A DNA stretch of 64,000 bases from Deltaproteobacteria bacterium (GTDB lineage: Bacteria; Myxococcota_A; UBA9160; SMWR01): positions 1-64,000 of the forward strand of contig JAQBHB010000082.1 in assembly GCA_032128115.1 (NCBI GenBank), written 5' to 3'. This document shows, one piece after another, positions 58,156-64,000 of the stretch. The notes beneath the pieces were generated by a model that had not been told where the DNA came from, ran no database searches, and saw only the letters and a program-made list of their open reading frames with translations. Positions within the stretch are counted from its first letter, which is position 1. Each line of letters opens with the position of its first letter. Both the position numbers and the translations under genes were made by a program.

Positions 58156-60342
58156 ATGCCTTCCTATTGGTTTCAACCCGAAACGATTTCCCTGGACGTG
58201 GGTGGTCGCGAGCTGACGATCGAGACGGGCCGCCTTGCCAAGCAGGCCGCCGCTGCCGTGGTCGTATCCTACGGCGAGACGTCGGTGCTGGTCACCGCGA
58301 CCCGCGCAAAGCCCCGCGAGGGCATCGACTTCTTCCCGCTGGTGGTGGACTTCGTCGAGAAGACCTCGGCCGCCGGCAAGATTCCCGGCGGCTTCTTCAA
58401 GCGGGAGGGCCGGCTCTCGGACCGGGAGATCCTGGTCTGCCGCTTCATCGATCGCTCCATCCGACCGCTCTTCAAGGCCGGCTACCGGGACGAGACCCAG
58501 GTGACGGCCACGGTGCTGTCCGCCGACGGCGAGAACCTGCCGGACATCCCCGCCTTCATTGGCGCGTCCGCGGCGCTCACCCTCTCCCCGCTGCCCTTCC
58601 TGGGGCCGCTGGGAGCCGTGCGTGTCGGTCGCATCGAAGGCACCCTGATCACCAACCCCACCCCGGAGCAGATTGCCGAGAGCGATCTGGAGCTGATCGT
58701 GGGGGCCTCCCGCGGCGCCCTGGTGATGGTAGAGGGCAACGCCCGTCAGGTGTCGGAATCGGAGATCCTCGAGGCCCTCAAATACGCCCACTCGGAGATC
58801 GTCAAACAGATCGATGCCCAGGAGGACCTGCAGAAAAGGGCGGGTCAGCCCGAGATGGAAGTGACACCGCCGCCGGATCGAACGGATCTGGACAAGCGGG
58901 TGCGCAATGCGGCGGGGGTGCGCCTGGACGAAGCGGTCCAGATCCGCACGAAGGCAGAGCGCTACGCCTCCATCGCCGACGTGGAGAAGTCGGTGCTCGA
59001 CGACTTCGTCAGCGCCTACCGCAAGGAGCCGGCGACGCTCGACACCCTGGAGGCCGTCGAGGCGCGCCAGAACGGACTTCGCAAGCTCAGCGGCGACGTG
59101 AAGGACTCGCTCCACGACCTGCGCTCACAATTGGTGCGCAAACGGATCATCGAGGACAAGATCCGGATCGACGGGCGCGGTCTGGCGGACGTGCGCCAGA
59201 TTGCCTGCGAGGTGCGGCCCCTGCCGCGGCCTCACGGCGCCGCGATCTTCACTCGTGGCGAGACCCAGGCCCTGGTGCTCACCACCCTGGGCGGCCGCTT
59301 CGACGAGCAGACCATCGACGGTCTGACGGCGCGGGTCTCGAAGCGCTTCTTCCTCCACTACAACTTCCCGCCGTTCTCGGTGGGCGAGGCTCGCATGCTG
59401 CGGGGTCCCGGCCGCCGCGAGGTGGGCCACGGCAACCTGGCCGAGAAGGCCATTCAATCGGTGCTGCCCGAGAATGAGGCGTTCCCGTACACGATTCGCA
59501 TCGTGTCGGAGATTCTGGAGTCGAACGGCTCCTCGTCCATGGCCACGATCTGCGGCGCCACGCTGTCCCTCATGGACGCGGGTGTACCCATCAAGGCGCC
59601 GGTGGCGGGCATTGCCATGGGCCTGATCGCGGAGGCTGGCCGGGTGGCGGTGCTCTCGGACATCCTGGGCGACGAGGATCACCTGGGCGATATGGACTTC
59701 AAGGTGGCCGGTACCCGCGAGGGCATCACCGCGCTCCAGATGGACATCAAGATCGAGAGCGTCGATTGGCAGGTGATGGAGGACGCCCTCGAGCAGGCCC
59801 GGGTGGGGCGGCTGCACATCCTCGAATGCATGGAGAAGGAGACCGCCGGGGAATTCGACAATTTCCAGCCCCGGCCCGAGCTCTCGCGCTACGCACCGAG
59901 GGTGCGCATGATCCATATCAAGCCGGATCGCATCCGCGACGTGATCGGGCCAGGCGGAAAGGTGATCCGCGCCATCCAGGAGACCACCGGCACCAAGATC
60001 GACATCAACGACAACGGCGAGGTCACGATCTTCTCGCCCGACGGGGATGCCATGGATCGGGCCGAGGCGATGGTGCAGGAGCTCACCCAGGAGGCGGAAC
60101 TCGACCGCGTCTACATGGGCAAGGTGCGACGCATCACCGACTTCGGTGCCTTCGTGGAGATCTTCCCCGGCACCGATGGGCTGATCCACATCAGCCACCT
60201 GGCCGAGGGCCGCGTCGAGCGCGTCACCGATGTGGTCGAAGAGGGCGACGAGGTGCTGGTGAAATGCATCGACATCGACCCCACGGGTCGCGTCCGCCTG
60301 TCGCGCAAGGAGGCGCTGGCGGCGGCCAAGGCCCAGGACTGA
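58156..60342 (+). CDS. pnp: Polyribonucleotide nucleotidyltransferase
   Basis: [65 protein letters not shown] and S1 domains. Confidence 0.98.
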   Translation: MPSYWFQPETISLDVGGRELTIETGRLAKQAAAAVVVSYGETSVLVTATRAKPREGIDFFPLVVDFVEKTSAAGKIPGGFFKREGRLSDREILVCRFIDRSIRPLFKAGYRDETQVTATVLSADGENLPDIPAFIGASAALTLSPLPFLGPLGAVRVGRIEGTLITNPTPEQIAESDLELIVGASRGALVMVEGNARQVSESEILEALKYAHSEIVKQIDAQEDLQKRAGQPEMEVTPPPDRTDLDKRVRNAAGVRLDEAVQIRTKAERYASIADVEKSVLDDFVSAYRKEPATLDTLEAVEARQNGLRKLSGDVKDSLHDLRSQLVRKRIIEDKIRIDGRGLADVRQIACEVRPLPRPHGAAIFTRGETQALVLTTLGGRFDEQTIDGLTARVSKRFFLHYNFPPFSVGEARMLRGPGRREVGHGNLAEKAIQSVLPENEAFPYTIRIVSEILESNGSSSMATICGATLSLMDAGVPIKAPVAGIAMGLIAEAGRVAVLSDILGDEDHLGDMDFKVAGTREGITALQMDIKIESVDWQVMEDALEQARVGRLHILECMEKETAGEFDNFQPRPELSRYAPRVRMIHIKPDRIRDVIGPGGKVIRAIQETTGTKIDINDNGEVTIFSPDGDAMDRAEAMVQELTQEAELDRVYMGKVRRITDFGAFVEIFPGTDGLIHISHLAEGRVERVTDVVEEGDEVLVKCIDIDPTGRVRLSRKEALAAAKAQD

Positions 60343-60355
60343 GCGGGATGCGATC

Positions 60356-60838
60356 GTGACCGGGTCGGTGCGCGTTCGGATCGCTCGCCGGCCCGGTGCC
60401 GACGATCTGGCCCTGCCATCGGCCGCCACGCCGGGCTCGGTCGGATGGGACCTGCCGGCCGCCGTCGAATCTCCCGTCGTGATCGCCCCGGGCGATCGCG
60501 TCCTGATTCCCACTGGCTTCAGCATCGGGTTGCCCGACGGTTACGAGGCGCAGGTGCGCCCTCGCAGCGGCCTGGCCCTCGACCACGGCATCCTGCTTCC
60601 CAACGCCCCGGGTACGATAGACTCCGACTACCGGGGGGAGGTGAAGGTCATCCTGTACAACGCGGGGGAGAAGGCCTTCACGGTCCGCCGCGGCGATCGC
60701 ATCGCACAGCTGGTGATCGCACCGGTGGCGAGGGCCTCCTGGCAGGAGGTGGAGACCCTGGAGGCCACTGCGCGCGGCGCCGGCGGCTTCGGGCACAGCG
60801 GCCGACGGGGTTCCGGGTGCGACGGGGAGGAAACGTGA
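60356..60838 (+). CDS. dut: dUTP diphosphatase
   Basis: [34 protein letters not shown]. Confidence 0.97.
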   Translation: MTGSVRVRIARRPGADDLALPSAATPGSVGWDLPAAVESPVVIAPGDRVLIPTGFSIGLPDGYEAQVRPRSGLALDHGILLPNAPGTIDSDYRGEVKVILYNAGEKAFTVRRGDRIAQLVIAPVARASWQEVETLEATARGAGGFGHSGRRGSGCDGEET

Positions 60839-61836
60839 GCGAGGCCAGCGTCGCCGAGGGCGAGGAGCCGGGCGCCCCCTCGGAGCCCGTGCACCCGCGC
60901 CCACCCAGCCCCTTGGAGCCCGAGCCGAAGAAGAAGCGCAGTGATCTTCCCATGCGCCTGCTGACCGCTGCCGTCCTGGTTCCGGCGGTGACCTACGTGA
61001 TCTACCTGGGTGGCCTCTGGTACCTGGGCACCGTGGTGCTGATCATCCTGGTGGGCCAGTACGAGATCTACGGCCTGATTCGCGACAAGGGCGCGCACCC
61101 GCTGGTGGGCTTCGGGCTGGCGGCGGGGGCTTCGCTTCCCGTGGTGGCGTATCTGGGCAACGAGTATCACGCCACCGTTCTCATGACGGTGACGCTACTC
61201 GCGACGATGGTGCTCCAGCTGGGCAAGACCCAGATCACCGAGTCCCTGGCCAGCATCTCCGGCACCTTCTTCGGAGTCTTCTACGTGGGCTGGCTCCTCA
61301 GCCACGCCATCGTATTGCGGTTCTTCGAGGACGCGGTGGTGTCCAAGTACGGGATCGACGCGGTGCTCGACCTGGGGATCGAGCCGGCCACCGGTGCCTT
61401 CCTGATGATGTTCACGCTCTCGATCGTGGTGTGGTGCGACGCCGGCGCCTACTTCGCGGGCCGCAAGTACGGCAAGCGCAAACTGGCACCCGCCGTGTCG
61501 CCGGGCAAGAGCGTCGAGGGTGCCGTGGGCGGCGTGCTGGCGGGCACGGCTGCGGGGCTTCTGGCGAAGCTGATCTTCGACGTGTTCTTTCCCGACCTGT
61601 CCTACTTCCTGGGGTGGATCGCGGCGGGCGTGCTGGCCCTGGTGATTTCGGTGGTGGCGATCCTGGGCGATCTGGTGGAATCGCTGCTCAAGCGCGACGC
61701 CCGCGTGAAGGACGCGGGCAGCATCCTTCCGGGCATGGGTGGCGTGCTGGATCGCATCGATTCTCCCCTGCTGGCGATCCCGGTGATGTACTACCTGCTG
61801 CTGTTCTACGTCTTCCTGCAGGTGGGCCGGCCGTGA
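60835..61836 (+). CDS. cdsA: Phosphatidate cytidylyltransferase
   Basis: D.GAYFAG, SPGKS.EG, GDL.ES.LKR...VKD.G..LPG.GG.LDRIDS. Confidence 0.95.
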   Translation: MSEASVAEGEEPGAPSEPVHPRPPSPLEPEPKKKRSDLPMRLLTAAVLVPAVTYVIYLGGLWYLGTVVLIILVGQYEIYGLIRDKGAHPLVGFGLAAGASLPVVAYLGNEYHATVLMTVTLLATMVLQLGKTQITESLASISGTFFGVFYVGWLLSHAIVLRFFEDAVVSKYGIDAVLDLGIEPATGAFLMMFTLSIVVWCDAGAYFAGRKYGKRKLAPAVSPGKSVEGAVGGVLAGTAAGLLAKLIFDVFFPDLSYFLGWIAAGVLALVISVVAILGDLVESLLKRDARVKDAGSILPGMGGVLDRIDSPLLAIPVMYYLLLFYVFLQVGRP

Positions 61837-63128
61837 TCGATCGCTACTCCCGCCCGGAGATGCGGGCTGTCTGGTCCGACGAAGGCAAGTACCGCGCCTG
61901 GCTCCTGGTGGAGCTTGCCGTGTGCGACGTGCTGGCGGAGAGCGGCACCATCCCGCGCGAGGCCGTCGCCGAAATCCGAGCGAAGGCGTCGGTGGACCCG
62001 GCCCGCGTGGACGAGATCGAGAGCCAGGTGCGCCATGACGTGATCGCCTTCCTGACGGCGCTGTCGGAAGTGGTGGGGCCGGCGGCGCGCTGGGTGCACT
62101 GGGGCATGACGTCGAGCGATGTGCTGGACACGGCCCTGGCCCTGCAGATCCGCGACGCGGGCGAGCTGTTGCGCGCCGGGGTCGACCGCCTGGTCGAAGC
62201 GCTGCGCCGAAAGGCCGAGGAGTTCCGTCACACCCCGTGCATCGGCCGCACCCACGGGGTGCACGCGGAGCCCACGACTTTCGGGTTGAAGCTCCTGGTC
62301 TTCTACGCCGAAATGCGGCGCCAGAAGCAGCGTCTGGACCGCGCCCTTTGCGAGGCCGCGGTGGGAAAAATCTCCGGCGCCGTGGGCACCTTCGCGCATC
62401 TGCCCCCGAAGGTGGAGGAGGCGGTCTGCCAGAAACTCGGCATCGGCTTCGAGCTCGCGGCCACCCAGGTGGTCCAGCGCGATCGCCACGCCCACCTGGT
62501 GGGGGTTCTGGCGGGGATTGCCTCCAGCCTGGAGAAGATCGCCGTGGAGTTCCGCCATCTGGCTCGCACCGAGGTGCGCGAGGTGCAGGAGGAGTTCGGC
62601 AGGGGCCAGAAGGGCTCCTCGGCCATGCCCCACAAGCGCAACCCCTGGCGCCTGGAGAACGTCAGCGGGCTGGCGCGGGTGATGCGCGGGTACGCGGCCT
62701 CGGCGATGGAGAACCAGGTTCTCTGGCACGAGCGCGACATCAGCAACTCCTCCGTGGAGCGGGTGGTGTTTCCCGACGCCACGGCCACCCTCGATTTCAT
62801 GTTGCAGCGCCTGGCAGGGCTGGTGGAGACCCTGGTGGTCGACCCGGATCGCATGCGCGAGAACCTGGAACTCACCCGCGGACTCGCCTTCAGCGGAACG
62901 CTGCTGCTGGAACTCACCGGCAAGGGGCTCTCCCGGGACCAGGCCTACGCCCTGGTGCAGGGCCAGGCCATGAAGACCTGGGACCAGGGGGGCGACTTCC
63001 GCGAGCGCGTCCTGGGCGATGCGGCCATCTGCGAGGTGCTTTCCAAAGAAGCGATCGAGAAGGTCTTCAGCCTCGATGAGGCACTGCGCCACGTCGACGC
63101 GATCTTCGAACGAACCCTGAAGGAGTGA
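61833..63128 (+). CDS. purB: Adenylosuccinate lyase
   Basis: MIDRYS, HDVIAF, GRTHG.HAEPTTFG, GSSAMPHKRNP, WHERDIS. Confidence 0.97.
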   Translation: MIDRYSRPEMRAVWSDEGKYRAWLLVELAVCDVLAESGTIPREAVAEIRAKASVDPARVDEIESQVRHDVIAFLTALSEVVGPAARWVHWGMTSSDVLDTALALQIRDAGELLRAGVDRLVEALRRKAEEFRHTPCIGRTHGVHAEPTTFGLKLLVFYAEMRRQKQRLDRALCEAAVGKISGAVGTFAHLPPKVEEAVCQKLGIGFELAATQVVQRDRHAHLVGVLAGIASSLEKIAVEFRHLARTEVREVQEEFGRGQKGSSAMPHKRNPWRLENVSGLARVMRGYAASAMENQVLWHERDISNSSVERVVFPDATATLDFMLQRLAGLVETLVVDPDRMRENLELTRGLAFSGTLLLELTGKGLSRDQAYALVQGQAMKTWDQGGDFRERVLGDAAICEVLSKEAIEKVFSLDEALRHVDAIFERTLKE

Positions 63129-63135
63129 GACCGTC

Positions 63136-63381
63136 GTGAAGGCCATCGTCCACGTGGTGCTCAAGCCCGCGGTGCTCGATCCGCAGGGCAAGGCGATCCA
63201 GCGCGCCAGCCGCGCGCTGGGTTATGACGCGATCCGCGAGGTTCGCCAGGGCAAGCTCTTCGAGTTGACGGTCGACGCAGACGACGAACAGCGCGCGCGC
63301 CTGCTCATCGAGGAGCTTTGCCAGAAGCTCCTCTCCAATCCGGTGATTGAGGACTACTCCATCGTGAAGCTGGAGCCGTAG
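63136..63381 (+). CDS. purS: FGAM synthase subunit PurS
   Basis: LKP.VLDPQG, VRQGK, LL.NPVIEDY. Confidence 0.96.
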   Translation: MKAIVHVVLKPAVLDPQGKAIQRASRALGYDAIREVRQGKLFELTVDADDEQRARLLIEELCQKLLSNPVIEDYSIVKLEP

Positions 63382-63414
63382 CGGGGCTGGGCCCCAACGA
63401 TCGGAGCTGGGCTC

Positions 63415-63999
63415 CTACAATCCCAGATTGCGGCGGATGCGGGGGACGATCGGCTCCGTGTCGGGCTCGAAGGATCGAGCGGTGACCTGCTCGTAGGCCT
63501 CGATGTAGCGGCGCGCGGCCTCGCAGCGAACCTCGACGGGAATGTCCGGCGGCGCGCCCTGGCCCCTGTAACCCCGCTCGATCAGCCAGCGGCGCACGTA
63601 CTCCTTGTCCAGGGCCTGGGGATCGCCGCCCTGGGAGAGCGCTCGCTCATAGCCGTCGCGGTACCAGTAGCGGGAGGAATCGGGCGTGTGGATCTCGTCG
63701 ATCACCACCAGACGGTCCTGCTCGTCCAGACCGATCTCGTACTTCGTATCCACCAGGATCATGCCCCGGCTCTCGGCCCAGCGACGGCCACGCTCGAACA
63801 GGTTCGCGGTGAGCGTCGCCGCCCGGTCGTAGAGGTCGGCCTCGATCGCGCCTCGCGCGATCAGCTCCTCCCGGGAGGCCAGCTCGTCGTGAGAGCCCTT
63901 CGGCGCCTTGGTGGTGGGTGTGAGCAGCGGTTCGGGCAGGGGCTCGTGCTTGCGGAGACCGTCCGGCAGCCGGTGTCCGCAATAGCTGCGCTCGCCGCT
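63415..63999 (-). CDS. purC: SAICAR synthase, 5'-truncated by window end
   Basis: TPTTKA...[31 protein letters not shown]. Confidence 0.93.
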   Translation of the reverse strand, partial: SGERSYCGHRLPDGLRKHEPLPEPLLTPTTKAPKGSHDELASREELIARGAIEADLYDRAATLTANLFERGRRWAESRGMILVDTKYEIGLDEQDRLVVIDEIHTPDSSRYWYRDGYERALSQGGDPQALDKEYVRRWLIERGYRGQGAPPDIPVEVRCEAARRYIEAYEQVTARSFEPDTEPIVPRIRRNLGL

Positions 64000-64000
64000 C

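Overview
High-GC bacterial chromosome segment. Gene content (TPR-rich Ser/Thr kinase, giant TPR protein, stand-alone PilZ, extra Hsp70/J pair, multiheme cytochrome, NtrYX-pyrKD-rimP-nusA-infB synteny) suggests a Myxococcota/deltaproteobacteria-like organism; this is inference only. The window opens with the 3' end of an rRNA operon (23S end, 5S, terminator). About 26 kb of accessory metabolism and envelope genes follow: alpha/beta hydrolase, VOC, TauD, HIT, YceI, an MMPL-SGNH-GT-C cluster, tandem GSTs, an acyl-CoA dehydrogenase, GT2, a pyruvyl-transferase/flippase/FrhB-like operon, a PQQ-type dehydrogenase, an orphan rplX-rpmG-ferredoxin unit, aroE, purE, UDG, a redoxin-octaheme cytochrome fusion and a collapsed DUF35-thiolase pseudo-operon. 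The rest holds an Hsp70 paralogue with a J protein, yebC-ruvCAB, an FG-GAP protein, a TPR kinase, lpxC, PilZ with a 2618-aa TPR protein, ntrYX, pyrKD, rimP-nusA-infB-DUF503-rbfA-truB-rpsO-pnp-dut-cdsA-purB-purS and a truncated purC. No tRNA, CRISPR array or mobile element was recognised. Best leads: (1) an exported protein fusing two thioredoxin-fold domains to eight CxxCH haem motifs; (2) a complete sigma54 promoter/enhancer architecture in front of a divergent lpxC; (3) a shared sigma28-like promoter motif before the Hsp70-J, TPR-kinase and giant TPR-PilZ units; (4) a pyruvyl-transferase + FrhB/BciB-like pair that could form lactyl ethers on a glycan. All calls come from reading the sequence; no searches were run.
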